Positions 10,147-18,303 of a DNA stretch of 36,404 nucleotides are shown here, piece by piece. Position 1 is the stretch's first letter; every line of letters starts with the position of its first letter. The DNA is from an uncultured Bacillota bacterium (GTDB lineage Bacteria > Bacillota > Clostridia > Christensenellales > UBA1242). The notes beneath the pieces were generated by a model. The model made no database searches, had not been told where the DNA came from, and saw only the letters and a list, made by a program, of their open reading frames with translations. The translations under genes and the position numbers were made by a program. The stretch is taken from assembly GCA_947088415.1 (NCBI GenBank), contig CAMUGK010000001.1, forward strand, positions 1 through 36,404, in the 5' to 3' direction.

Positions 10147-11187
10147 CTAAAAACAATAATTTCGAACGATTGCAAAAGTCATATATGCCAGATACATTGC
10201 AACTAAAATTCCGCCAATCCAACGATTTATATTTTTTTTTCTGAAAATACAAACGCATGCAAAGATTATTGTGCAAATTGTTAAAATTAACATATCTACC
10301 AAAATTGGAGTTGAAACATTTATCGGCGAAATAACACCAACTATGCTGAGAACAAGTGCAATATTGATTACGTTTGAGCCGATAATATTGCCAAGTGCCA
10401 TTTCATTTTCGCCTTTAATTGAAGCGGTAATACTTGTTGCAAGCTCTGGTAGACTTGTGCCTATTGAGACGAGGGTAATTCCAACAAGAGTTTCACTCAT
10501 TCCCATTTTGATTGCCAAATATTGAGCGGTGGTTGAAACGCATTCAGCACCAAAAACAACTGCACCTAAACCAAATATAATTAATATAACAATCTGCCAA
10601 ATTTTAAGCTCTTGTTTGACTTTTTTCTTTTTCTTGCTTTCTTGACTAGTTTCTTCTTGAATGATTGTTTCTTGGATTTCTTGTGGACGTTTATACATTA
10701 AAGAGTGTTCTTTTTTGGCGTTAAAAACTGATAAAATTATATAAATAATTAAGATTACAAGCATGACAATACATTCAAAACGTGAAATACTATTTATAGT
10801 TCCGTTGTTTAAAAAAGTGTCAGCACAAAATAATAGAAGTAAAAGAGTTATGCCAACAAGAAAAGGAAAATCTATCTTTTTGCTGTTCTTTTTGATTGGA
10901 ACAGGTTTGATGAGTGCAACAATACCTAGAATAAGTAGCATATTCATCATGTTTGAGCCGACAACATTGCCAACTGAAAGATTGGGGCTTCCCTTGATTG
11001 CGCTAGCAATGCTAACCGAAAGCTCTGGCAGGCTTGTCCCGAGTGCAATAATAGTTATACCAATAAACATGGCAGGAATTTTAAATCTTTTTGCAATGGC
11101 ACTAGCCCCGCTAACAAAAAAGTCAGCACCTTTGACTAAAAGGGCAAGACCAAGAATTAAAAATAAGATGTTTAAAAAAATCGTCAT
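10147..11187 (-). CDS. calcium/sodium (CaCA family, YrbG-like) antiporter
   Basis: Two alpha-repeat signatures are present (GTSLPELSVSI..GNVVGSNMMN and GTSLPELATSI..GNIIGSNVIN). They are separated by a charged loop, and about 10 TM helices are predicted by eye. Confidence 0.85.
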   Translation of the reverse strand: MTIFLNILFLILGLALLVKGADFFVSGASAIAKRFKIPAMFIGITIIALGTSLPELSVSIASAIKGSPNLSVGNVVGSNMMNMLLILGIVALIKPVPIKKNSKKIDFPFLVGITLLLLLFCADTFLNNGTINSISRFECIVMLVILIIYIILSVFNAKKEHSLMYKRPQEIQETIIQEETSQESKKKKKVKQELKIWQIVILIIFGLGAVVFGAECVSTTAQYLAIKMGMSETLVGITLVSIGTSLPELATSITASIKGENEMALGNIIGSNVINIALVLSIVGVISPINVSTPILVDMLILTICTIIFACVCIFRKKNINRWIGGILVAMYLAYMTFAIVRNYCF

Positions 11188-11383
11188 AACTTTGCCTTTA
11201 AATTAGGTTAAACTAAATTTTAAATATTATAACAAAAGCCAAAAAAAACGACAAGCAAATAGTAAAAGATTAATCGTAAAAGAAATTTTTAAAAATTGTT
11301 TAAATTTGACGAAAAAACCTATTGACAAGTGTTTAAGACCATGTTATAATACAAACACATCACAAAAGGATAAGGAGATAATT

Positions 11384-11848
11384 ATGGAAAAGGTTATGGA
11401 TATTTCAAAATTTTATGAAATTAAAGGAGATAATTTTAATGTTTGTGCAAGCGTTGATACAAATGTGATAGATGAAGTTGTTGAAGAGGAAGTATTCTCT
11501 GAATTTGCACAACCAGCAGTAAAAAGCTTAACAAAAATTTTGGCTTTAACAACCGACACTACAAGCATAAGAAAATACTACCCTGAAATATTTGAAAGAA
11601 ATGAAAAAGTTTGCTTCCCAAGAGAAAAGAAAAGATCTAAAGCTATTAAAAGAAGAGCACGTGCTCAAGCTAAATTAGAACGTCAAATACTTGAAGAAGA
11701 AAACAATATAAGAATGGAGATTTTGCAAGAAGATTATGAACAACTCAGAGTTCAAAAAGAATGCGATGAAATGTTCAAACTTTACAATCAAAAACCTGAA
11801 TTTGAATTGGTTTTAGATTTGCAACTTACAGCTGACGAAAACGAATAA
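11384..11848 (+). CDS. hypothetical protein with a basic/coiled C-terminal half, 154 aa
   Basis: The TTG start at 11306 in the track lies upstream of the promoter TTGACA-17-TATAAT. AAGGAG plus 7 nt precedes the ATG at 11384 (MEKVMDISK...). No known domain. Confidence 0.5.
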   Translation: MEKVMDISKFYEIKGDNFNVCASVDTNVIDEVVEEEVFSEFAQPAVKSLTKILALTTDTTSIRKYYPEIFERNEKVCFPREKKRSKAIKRRARAQAKLERQILEEENNIRMEILQEDYEQLRVQKECDEMFKLYNQKPEFELVLDLQLTADENE

Positions 11849-11850
11849 TA

Positions 11851-11877
11851 AAACCCACCTTGACAGGTGGATTTTTT
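11851..11877. terminator. bidirectional terminator
   Basis: CCACCT-TGAC-AGGTGG hairpin with a flanking T-run, between convergent genes. Confidence 0.7.
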
Positions 11878-11887
11878 ATTATAAAAA

Positions 11888-12187
11888 TTAAACTTCTGGT
11901 GTGGTTGTAGGGTTGATAATTACAAGCCCTTGACAATCGTTGCCAAAACTTGGTCTTCTGTTGTCAAAAAAGATTGGTTCAAATCTGTTGCAACCACCTT
12001 GTTGCCAAGAGTTGTTATTTCTAAAGTCCCAGTTGTTTCCGTTGTTCCAATCGTTATGCCAAGAATTTCTCTCTTCGCAACTATTTTGACAGCCACAATG
12101 AGGTCTCATATTTTCTTTGCAGTTGTTGTGACATCTGCAAGGGTTTGGCTGACAAAAACTACGACAGCCACAGAATAAATTAAACAT
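11888..12187 (-). CDS. small Cys/Asn/Trp-rich protein, 99 aa
   Basis: AAGGAG plus 8 nt precedes the ATG, and a terminator lies downstream. There are 9 Cys in residues 6-37 in CxC/CxxxC spacing (FCGCRSFCQPNPCRCHNNCKENMRPHCGCQNSC), followed by an N/W-rich segment. Confidence 0.55.
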   Translation of the reverse strand: MFNLFCGCRSFCQPNPCRCHNNCKENMRPHCGCQNSCEERNSWHNDWNNGNNWDFRNNNSWQQGGCNRFEPIFFDNRRPSFGNDCQGLVIINPTTTPEV

Positions 12188-12350
12188 TCTAATTGCTCCT
12201 TTTTTTCAGCACCCTCTATTATCAGTCTATTAAATAAAGCAGTTTTATGTTTCTTTTTCTAACAAAGTTTTTGTTTTGTTGACAAATTTTCATTAAGGCA
12301 TAAAAGCTTGCAAAAAAGGCAACAATAAAAAGAAAAACCAATGGAGAATT

Positions 12351-12710
12351 ATGCCTAATCGTAACGAAAAAATTGTTATGACTTATCTAGCTAAGGTGTG
12401 TGTAGGAAGTAAAACACATCTTGTTTCTCCACAAGATATAGCCTTAGCGTCCAATAAAAAAGCAGTGTTATCGGTTGCTGAAATAGATGAAATTATGACA
12501 GGATTAAGCCTAGAAAACTATATAGATTTTGTTGTAAGTGATTCTAAAAATGGCTACTATTATTGTGTTACATTAAAAAAGAAAGGTCAAAACTTTTTGG
12601 AAGAAAGCAAACGTCAACGTAAAACCCTAGGGCTTTTAGTAATACGCAGTATGTTTTTGGCAACGGTTTCCTTTATTTTTGGCTTAATTTTAAAGGCGAT
12701 ATTCAAATGA
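12351..12710 (+). CDS. hypothetical protein with a C-terminal TM anchor, 119 aa
   Basis: GGAG-like SD. The soluble N-terminal ~90 aa may be winged-helix-like. A hydrophobic C-terminal helix (LGLLVIRSMFLATVSFIFGLILKAIF) follows. TGA stop. Confidence 0.45.
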   Translation: MPNRNEKIVMTYLAKVCVGSKTHLVSPQDIALASNKKAVLSVAEIDEIMTGLSLENYIDFVVSDSKNGYYYCVTLKKKGQNFLEESKRQRKTLGLLVIRSMFLATVSFIFGLILKAIFK

Positions 12711-12716
12711 CATTTT

Positions 12717-12950
12717 ACTTTTCTATGCTAGAAAAGTAAGCAAAAGAAGTCTTCACTTTTCAAATCGGTGAAAAGTGAAACGAAAAGCCGCCGAGGGCTT
12801 GCGATTCCCTCGGACTCCCCAAACGCTTTTAAGGTTGCTTTTTATATGTCATGTTGAGCGAAGCGAAACATCTTTTGAAAAAGATCCTTCACTAGCGTTC
12901 AGGATGACACACATACAATTGCGTCATTTCGACCGAAGTGGAGAAATCTC
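12717..12950. repeat. array of at least 6 consecutive hairpins, including 3 GC-rich GTCAT-stem/GAsCGAAGyGA-loop units
   Basis: The hairpins are:
- 12717-12737
- 12753-12778
- 12791-12813 (CCGAGGG/CCCTCGG)
- unit A, 12848-12872
- unit B, 12883-12908, inverted
- unit C, 12923-12950
GC content is locally far above the flanks. Confidence 0.75.
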
Positions 12951-13153
12951 TAATCTTCTAAACCAACTAAGTAATCAATTGAGCATTTAAAGTATTTTGC
13001 AAGAGTGATTAGGCAATCAACATTGGGCTTACGTTCATTCATCAACCATCTTGCAATTTCAGACTGGCTTATTCCAGTTTCAATGCTTAATTTATTTTGA
13101 GATAATCCATATTCTTTCATTAACTCACCAAGTCTTTTTGGGAAATTATACAT
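12950..13153 (-). CDS. XRE-family helix-turn-helix transcriptional regulator, 67 aa
   Basis: HTH_3 pattern: LGELMKEYGLSQNKLSIETGISQSEIARWLMNERKPNVDCLITLAKYFKCSIDYLVGL. AAGGAG SD. Confidence 0.8.
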   Translation of the reverse strand: MYNFPKRLGELMKEYGLSQNKLSIETGISQSEIARWLMNERKPNVDCLITLAKYFKCSIDYLVGLED

Positions 13154-13230
13154 ATTTTCTCCTTTTTAAAAATTATATGTCAAAATACATAAAAATGCTT
13201 GACTTATGCCATAATACATAAGTATAATTG

Positions 13231-13248
13231 TTATGTCATTTGACATAA
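13231..13248. promoter_or_regulatory. perfect 8-2-8 palindrome (candidate operator) at the start of a promoter-driven transcript
   Basis: The palindrome is TTATGTCA-TT-TGACATAA. It lies directly after TTGACT (13199-13204), an 18 nt spacer and TATAAT (13223-13228). A degenerate second copy, TTATATGTCAAAATACATAA, lies at 13172-13191. Confidence 0.6.
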
Positions 13249-13259
13249 AGGAGAAAAAT

Positions 13260-13508
13260 ATGATAAAAGAAGAAATTAACATTTGCGAGATTATTGAAGA
13301 TTTATATGATGAAAGAGACATTAGTCTTTCTGAATTTCGAAGGCAAGTGAATATTGGTGATTTAATAGATGAAATTACTAAATCATTAAACGAGAAACAA
13401 GCAAAGATGTTTACAAAATTGCAAGATTTACAAACTCAAGAAGACTTTGATAACCAAAAACGACTGATTGCTTTTGTGTTGAATTTTATTAACGCGACAA
13501 GAAAATAA
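13260..13508 (+). CDS. small hypothetical protein, 82 aa, divergent from the XRE gene
   Basis: AAGGAG plus 7 nt precedes the ATG at 13260. The ATG at 13233 in the track lies inside the palindrome, right at the predicted TSS. Acidic and helical. No known domain. Confidence 0.45.
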   Translation: MIKEEINICEIIEDLYDERDISLSEFRRQVNIGDLIDEITKSLNEKQAKMFTKLQDLQTQEDFDNQKRLIAFVLNFINATRK

Positions 13509-13553
13509 GTGTTTTAGTGGATTTTGCTTTAAAAAAGTGGTAAAATATATGTT

Positions 13554-15515
13554 ATGGAAGAAAAATTTCAATTAGTCTCAAAATATTCGCCTGCTGGCGA
13601 CCAGCCAGAAGCTATTCAAAAGTTGACGGAAGGGTTGCAAGACGGACTTAAAGAACAGGTTTTGTTGGGTGTTACTGGAAGCGGTAAAACTTTTACTATG
13701 GCTAACATTATTAAAAACAATAAAAAGCCTACTCTTGTTATTGCACATAACAAGACTTTGGCAGCGCAACTATGCAATGAGTTTCGTGAGTTTTTCCCAC
13801 ATAACAGGGTTGAATATTTTGTAAGTTATTATGATTATTATCAGCCAGAAGCATATATAGTTTCTTCAGATACATTTATTGAAAAAGATATGTCTGTCAA
13901 CGAAGAGATTGACAAGCTTCGTTCGTCTGCAACCGCGTCGGTGTTAGAACGTGATGATGTTATCATTGTTGCTTCGGTTTCTTGCATTTATGGTTTGGGT
14001 TGTCCTGAAGAATATGAAAGATTGCATATTTCACTTCGTGAAGGAGATTTGGTTGACAGAGATGAAATTGTGTCAAGACTGATTTCCATTCAATATATGC
14101 GAAATGATATTGACTTTAAGCGTTCAACTTTTCGTGTTAAAGGCGACACATTAGATATTTTCCCTGCCAGTCAAAGTGAAATGGCAATAAGAGTTTTATT
14201 TTTCGGTGATGAGATTGAAAAGATCTATGAGTTTGAACCACTTTCGGGCAATCTTATCAATGAGCTTAAAGTAGCTTCTATTTATCCTGCAACACATTAT
14301 GCTGTTTCAAAAGAGCGTTTAGACAATGCGCTTGAAAGCATTGAAAATGACCGCATTAAAGCAGTTGACGAATTTTTAAAAGAGGGCAAATATATTGAAA
14401 GTGAGCGTATCGGTCAACGCGTTTCTTATGACCTTGAAATGATGAAAGAGATTGGTTATTGCAGTGGCATTGAAAACTATTCAAGATATTTTGACGGAAG
14501 AAAATCAGGCGAGCCACCATTTACACTTATTGACTATTTTCCTAAAGGCTTTTTAACTATCATAGATGAAAGCCATATGACACTTCCACAGATAAGAGCC
14601 ATGTATAATGGAGATAAAGCACGAAAGACATCGCTTGTTGACTATGGTTTTCGTTTGCCAGCAGCAAAAGACAATAGGCCACTCACTTTTGATGAATTTA
14701 ATTCCAAACTTGGACAAGTAATTTTTGTTTCGGCAACACCAAGTAAGTATGAACTTGAAAGGGCAGGGCAAGTGGTTGAACAGGTTATTAGACCAACAGG
14801 ATTGTTAGACCCTAAAGTTGAAGTTAAACCAATCCAAAATCAGATTGAACAACTTATGGTTGAAATAAATAAAACCATAGAGTGTAAAGCCAGAGTTTTA
14901 GTTACCACTTTAACCAAAAAAATGGCAGAAAGTTTGACGACATATCTTAATGAGCATAAAATTAAAGCCAAATATATGCACAGCGAAATAGACACTATGG
15001 AAAGGGTTGAAATTATTAATGGGCTTCGCGCTGGTGAATTTGATGTGCTTGTTGGAATCAATCTTTTGCGAGAAGGTTTAGATATGCCAGAAGTTGAACT
15101 TGTTGCAATTTTAGATGCCGATAAAGAGGGTTTCCTTAGAAGTGAAGGTGCTTTGATTCAAACGATAGGTCGTGCTGCGAGAAATGCGAATGGCAGAGTT
15201 ATCATGTTTGCAGATGTTATAACAGACAGCATGAAACGTGCTATCGGCGAAACCGAACGAAGAAGAGAAATTCAAGAGAATTTTAATAAAGAGCATGGAA
15301 TTATTCCAAAGACGATTATTAAAGAGATTAACAACACGCTTGAAATATCGAAAAAAGTATCTGACGGAAAACTTAAGAAAGAAGAAATTCCAAATGAAAT
15401 TGAAAAACTTACAGCCATGATGAAGATTGCATCAAACTCACTTGACTTTGAAAGAGCAATGGAGCTTCGAGATAAAATAGCCAAACTTAAAAAACAGCTT
15501 GAAAGGAAAAGGTAA
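13554..15515 (+). CDS. uvrB: excinuclease ABC subunit B
   Basis: [12 protein letters not shown] Walker A, DESH box ([11 protein letters not shown]), helicase motifs and a C-terminal UVR domain ([16 protein letters not shown]). 653 aa. Confidence 0.97.
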   Translation: MEEKFQLVSKYSPAGDQPEAIQKLTEGLQDGLKEQVLLGVTGSGKTFTMANIIKNNKKPTLVIAHNKTLAAQLCNEFREFFPHNRVEYFVSYYDYYQPEAYIVSSDTFIEKDMSVNEEIDKLRSSATASVLERDDVIIVASVSCIYGLGCPEEYERLHISLREGDLVDRDEIVSRLISIQYMRNDIDFKRSTFRVKGDTLDIFPASQSEMAIRVLFFGDEIEKIYEFEPLSGNLINELKVASIYPATHYAVSKERLDNALESIENDRIKAVDEFLKEGKYIESERIGQRVSYDLEMMKEIGYCSGIENYSRYFDGRKSGEPPFTLIDYFPKGFLTIIDESHMTLPQIRAMYNGDKARKTSLVDYGFRLPAAKDNRPLTFDEFNSKLGQVIFVSATPSKYELERAGQVVEQVIRPTGLLDPKVEVKPIQNQIEQLMVEINKTIECKARVLVTTLTKKMAESLTTYLNEHKIKAKYMHSEIDTMERVEIINGLRAGEFDVLVGINLLREGLDMPEVELVAILDADKEGFLRSEGALIQTIGRAARNANGRVIMFADVITDSMKRAIGETERRREIQENFNKEHGIIPKTIIKEINNTLEISKKVSDGKLKKEEIPNEIEKLTAMMKIASNSLDFERAMELRDKIAKLKKQLERKR

Positions 15516-15523
15516 AATTTTAT

Positions 15524-15646
15524 AAATCGCTATACTCCTTTAAAAATAAGACATGTAGCGATTTTTTATTCAAATTAAAGATATAAATATTTTATGCATA
15601 AAAAATCGCTATAAACCTTTAAAAATAAAGCGTATAGCGATTTTTT
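15524..15646. repeat. two tandem copies of the CGCTATA...TATAGCGATTTTTT hairpin/terminator element
   Basis: Copy 15524-15567 has a decayed stem. Copy 15601-15646 has a 12 bp stem (AAAATCGCTATA/TATAGCGATTTT). Both end in T6 and both resemble 7263-7301. Confidence 0.75.
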
Positions 15647-15730
15647 AAATTAATTTCTGTTTTTGCATAAAAATATTTGCAAATATTAAATATTGTGTGC
15701 TATACTTTTGCTGAATTGAAAGGAAAGGTT

Positions 15731-16504
15731 ATGGAAAAGGTAGTTATAATCACAGGTGCGTCAAGTGGCATTGGACTTTCTACAGCGAAACTATTTTTAA
15801 AAAAGGGTTTTAAAATTTATGGCATTTCACGTGATGAGTATAAGAGCGAAGATTTCTTTAATTATGTTGCAGACGTTAATGACGCAAAGCGTATGGAAGA
15901 AATTATAAACGAAGTGTTTACAAAAGAAGGTCGCATTGATGTCTTTTGCAATAACGCAGGCTTTGGGCTTGGTGGCGAATTGGTTGAAACAAAACCGCAA
16001 GATATTCAAAGACTATTCTCAACAAACCTTACTTCAATGGCGGTTAATATTTCGCTAGTCGGCAAGATTATGAAAACTCAACGTTTTGGCAAGATTATCA
16101 ACACTTCATCATTATCGGCAGTTTTTCCACTTCCCTTTCAAAGTGCTTACAGTGCAACTAAGGCAGGCATTGAAGTTTTGTCAAGAACAGTGCGAGGAGA
16201 ACTTAAACCATATAATGTTTATGTTTCTGCGGTTATGCCAGGCGATGTTAAAACTGGCTTTACCGATGCAAGAATTAAAGGCAATATTGACAGTGAAAAA
16301 GTTGCAAAATCAATGAAGAATTTTGAAAAGTATGAACGCTCTGGCATGACACCAGACAAGGTTGCAAAAAAGATTGTTAAACTTGCACTCAAGAAAAAAC
16401 CGCAACCACGCACAAGTGTGGGTAGTTTGAAACTGTTGATTATCTTACAAAAAATTTTGCCAATTAGAATGCTTGATTGGCTTATTAGAGTTTTATATTG
16501 TTAA
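15731..16504 (+). CDS. classical short-chain dehydrogenase/reductase with a hydrophobic C-terminal tail
   Basis: TGASSGIG cofactor motif, NNAG and YSATK (YxxxK). The C-terminus LKLLIILQKILPIRMLDWLIRVLYC is hydrophobic/amphipathic. GAAAGGAAAGG SD lies before the ATG at 15731, and the TTG at 15677 in the track lies upstream of the promoter. Confidence 0.85.
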   Translation: MEKVVIITGASSGIGLSTAKLFLKKGFKIYGISRDEYKSEDFFNYVADVNDAKRMEEIINEVFTKEGRIDVFCNNAGFGLGGELVETKPQDIQRLFSTNLTSMAVNISLVGKIMKTQRFGKIINTSSLSAVFPLPFQSAYSATKAGIEVLSRTVRGELKPYNVYVSAVMPGDVKTGFTDARIKGNIDSEKVAKSMKNFEKYERSGMTPDKVAKKIVKLALKKKPQPRTSVGSLKLLIILQKILPIRMLDWLIRVLYC

Positions 16505-16516
16505 AAGGGGAATAAA

Positions 16517-17707
16517 ATGGAAAAGAGAAAAGATTTATTTGAAAAAACTTTAGGCAAGCATATTTATGATGAAGCCAAAGATGCAGGCATTTATCCATAC
16601 TTCCATAAATTAACAACTGGACAAGATACAGTTGTTGAAATGGAAGGGCGAGAGACCATTATGATTGGCTCTAACAACTATCTTGGGCTTACTTCGCACC
16701 CAGAAGTTGTCAAAGCAGGCGTGGAAGCACTTAAAAAATATGGTAGTGGTTGTTCTGGCTCAAGATTTTTAAACGGAACGCTAGATATTCATGTCGAACT
16801 TGAAAAAGAACTTGCCAAATTTTTGCATAAAGAAGCAGTTATGACTTTTTCAACAGGTTTTCAAAGCAACCTTGGAATTATCAGTGCAATCGTAGGAAGA
16901 AGTGATTATATTCTTTGCGATAAAGAAAACCATGCATCAATTTATGATGGTTGCAAACTTTCTTATGGCAAAATGCTTAGATATAATCACAGCGATATGG
17001 CAGACCTTGAAAGAAAAATGCAGTCAGTTCCTGTAGATAGCGGAATCTTGATTGTTACTGACGGCGTTTTTTCAATGAGTGGGGAAATTTGCAAACTTCC
17101 AGAGATAGTTGAACTTGCAAAAAAATATAACGCTCGCGTTATGGTTGATGACGCACATGGGCTTGGCGTTTTAGGTAAGCATGGCAGAGGAACTGCAGAA
17201 CACTTTAATCTTGAAAATGATGTAGATATTATTATGGGCACATTCTCAAAATCTTTAGCCTCACTCGGTGGCTATATGGCAGCAAGCCAAAAAGTGGTAG
17301 ATTATGTTAAACATTCATCACGCCCTTATATCTTTTCAGCCAGCATAACCCCAGCATCAGTAGCTTGTGCACTTCAAGCACTTAAAATTTTGGAAAGAGA
17401 ACCAAAGCGTGTTAAAGCACTTGCAGATATTTCAGAATATATGCGTAAAGGGCTTAAAAATCTTGGTGTAAAAATTATTGATAGCACAACACCAATCATT
17501 CCAATCTATACTTATGACGACGAAAAAGCATTTATGGCTTGCAAAATGTTGTTAGAACGTGGTGTTTATGTAAATCCAGTCATCACACCAGCAACACCTC
17601 CAAACATGGCACTTCTTCGCACAAGTTACACAGCAACACACACTAAAGCACAAATGGACAAGGCAATGAAAGAAATCAAAGCCGTGCTTGATGAATTAGG
17701 AATTTAA
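16517..17707 (+). CDS. PLP-dependent alpha-oxoamine synthase, serine-palmitoyltransferase-like
   Basis: GSNNYLGL, GSGCSGSRFLNGT, NHASIYDGC, DDAHGLG and GTFSKSLASLGG (PLP-binding Lys). 396 aa. It starts 12 nt after the SDR stop. Confidence 0.85.
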   Translation: MEKRKDLFEKTLGKHIYDEAKDAGIYPYFHKLTTGQDTVVEMEGRETIMIGSNNYLGLTSHPEVVKAGVEALKKYGSGCSGSRFLNGTLDIHVELEKELAKFLHKEAVMTFSTGFQSNLGIISAIVGRSDYILCDKENHASIYDGCKLSYGKMLRYNHSDMADLERKMQSVPVDSGILIVTDGVFSMSGEICKLPEIVELAKKYNARVMVDDAHGLGVLGKHGRGTAEHFNLENDVDIIMGTFSKSLASLGGYMAASQKVVDYVKHSSRPYIFSASITPASVACALQALKILEREPKRVKALADISEYMRKGLKNLGVKIIDSTTPIIPIYTYDDEKAFMACKMLLERGVYVNPVITPATPPNMALLRTSYTATHTKAQMDKAMKEIKAVLDELGI

Positions 17708-17773
17708 TTTTCATTGGGATTGAGTAATTCTAAGATAAATAGAATTGCTCTTTTTATTTAAGAGAAAAATATT

Positions 17774-17980
17774 TTAAAATTCAGATAAGCCTAATAAATA
17801 ATCCGTGGAAACTTCTAAAAGTTTAGCAATTTCGACAACAATAACAATACTAGGATCTATTTCTTCAGTTTCATATTTAGCGATAGTAGATTTATCTAAA
17901 AAAAGAGCTTTTGCCAAATCTGTTTGTGTCATTTTTTTGTTTTTTCTTGCTTCTACTAATCTTTTTGCAAAAATTTTCAT
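17774..17980 (-). CDS. XRE-family HTH regulator, 68 aa
   Basis: MKIFAKRLVEARKNKKMTQTDLAKALFLDKSTIAKYETEEIDPS... GGAGG plus 6 nt precedes the ATG at 17980. The track starts 2 codons earlier at a TTG. Confidence 0.8.
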   Translation of the reverse strand: MKIFAKRLVEARKNKKMTQTDLAKALFLDKSTIAKYETEEIDPSIVIVVEIAKLLEVSTDYLLGLSEF

Positions 17981-18035
17981 AAACAACCTCCATTTACTTT
18001 ACATTCTGACAGAAAATCAGTAAAATAGAACCTAA

Positions 18036-18052
18036 TCTGATTAACAATCAGA
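18036..18052. promoter_or_regulatory. palindromic operator candidate TCTGATT-AAC-AATCAGA
   Basis: Perfect 7-3-7 inverted repeat in the divergent intergenic region. A related site, CTGACAGAAAATCAG, lies at 18006-18020. Confidence 0.55.
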
Positions 18053-18069
18053 ATTTAGGGGGTTAAAAG

Positions 18070-18303
18070 ATGGTTGAAAGTATTTTAGAGATAATTAAAA
18101 AAGACATAGAAGTGTCTTTTGATTTGCATGAGTTGAAGAACAAAGATAAATTTACTCTTCATTTTGGTGTATGCTTATATATAAGAAATTCTTATTTATG
18201 GCATAACAAATTTATTTGTGATGTCTTAAATAAAAAATTTAAAACTAAAGACGTTGATAGCTTGTCTTTTAAAATCTTGGATGAAATTTTGAAAGAATTT
18301 TAA
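18070..18303 (+). CDS. small hypothetical protein, 77 aa
   Basis: AGGGGG SD plus ATG. It is divergent from one XRE gene. Its stop overlaps the stop of the next XRE gene, tail to tail. No known domain. Confidence 0.45.
   Translation: MVESILEIIKKDIEVSFDLHELKNKDKFTLHFGVCLYIRNSYLWHNKFICDVLNKKFKTKDVDSLSFKILDEILKEF

Noticed and set aside
10241-10250. Long T run (about T9) inside the antiporter gene as a slippage switch
   Set aside because: The reading frame is intact across it (encodes ...RKKN...). A/T runs of this length are common at this base composition. There is no evidence of a shift.
12775-12990. 71 aa ORF (MKRKAAEGLRFPRTPQ...HVERSETS...DPSLAFRMT...RHFDRSGEIS)
   Set aside because: It is a read-through of the GC-rich hairpin repeat units. 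It starts at GTG, has no SD, and runs antisense into the XRE gene. Its peptide blocks are simply the translated repeat units.
12950-13508. XRE plus small-ORF pairs (also 17774-18503) as toxin-antitoxin or abortive-infection modules
   Set aside because: The partner proteins (82 and 77 aa) show no recognisable toxin fold or motif. They are divergently, not co-directionally, transcribed. The XRE proteins are bare HTH domains. The idea is unsupported by the sequence alone.
16517-17707. Annotating the alpha-oxoamine synthase as bioF or kbl
   Set aside because: No biotin genes and no threonine dehydrogenase of the usual type are adjacent, and the diagnostic blocks look more SPT-like to me. Family membership is certain. 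The specific bioF/kbl label is not adopted, but a phylogeny is needed.
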